Origin: Williopsis jadinii
Lineage: Eukaryota
DNA length: 64,000 nt
Assembly (NCBI GenBank): GCA_024346625.1
Contig: AP024666.1
Span: 1 to 64,000 of the forward strand
Direction: 5' to 3'
The notes below the pieces were generated by a model. It saw nothing but the letters and a program-made list of their open reading frames with translations. It was not told where the DNA came from and made no database searches. The position numbers were made by a program, and so were the translations under genes. Within the stretch, counting starts at the first letter, position 1. The number at the start of each line of letters is the position of its first letter. Positions 63,715 to 64,000 of this stretch are shown piece by piece.

Positions 63715-64000
63715 ATGGACCCGGTAGATAAGACCTTCGATACCGTGTTCTATTGGACAAGCAAAGTGCAGAATGGACTGAAAAGCACTACCGACAGTGC
63801 TGTTGGTGCTGCTTCCTCGCTGAAGGACTACGTCGTTGACACTGTGAGCTCCACAGTTGATTCCGTCATTTCCAAGGGAGTTGATCCAACAACGGCTGAT
63901 GAGGCTAGGTCACGGTTTCCCAATTGGAACATTGTAGGGTTAAGAAACCTGGTGGATTCTCATAAATCTGTGGTGATAGCTGGTGGAGTACTGACCCTGA
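63715..64000 (+). CDS. Partial CDS running off the window end, possibly YSC83-like by synteny
   Basis: ATG at 63715 is open to the window end (MDPVDKTFDTVFYWTSKVQNG...). Divergent from YSC84, as YSC83 is in S. cerevisiae. Confidence 0.55.
   Translation, partial: MDPVDKTFDTVFYWTSKVQNGLKSTTDSAVGAASSLKDYVVDTVSSTVDSVISKGVDPTTADEARSRFPNWNIVGLRNLVDSHKSVVIAGGVLTL

Overview
Left end of a budding-yeast chromosome. It has telomeric (GGGTGTCT)n repeats, a complex I subunit, and CTG read as Leu, so it is most likely a pre-WGD Phaffomycetaceae yeast such as Cyberlindnera (inference). From the end inward: telomere, a 175-bp subtelomeric tandem repeat, ~5 kb with no intact gene, an accessory block (SOA1-like sulfonate permease plus JLP1/TauD dioxygenase, MCH-type and MFS transporters), then a core block syntenic with S. 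cerevisiae (AIM18, HIR3, PMT4, MGM101, MNL1, RPS4, YHR202W-like, SCH9, SKN7, SET5, FMP10, FAU1, BAT1, HYM1, VPS36, NDH2, PES4/MIP6, YOL075C-like ABC transporter, YSC84/LSB3). The most notable signal is a decayed Fanzor (eukaryotic TnpB-family RNA-guided nuclease) C-terminal RuvC/Zn-finger relic at ~11.9-12.3 kb. It is followed immediately by a G.U-rich nested hairpin region resembling an omegaRNA scaffold. Features missed by the ORF track include a three-exon SPO12-family gene with a Mcm1-Fkh promoter element, first exons of HIR3 and YSC84, and a probable 5'UTR intron in SCH9.
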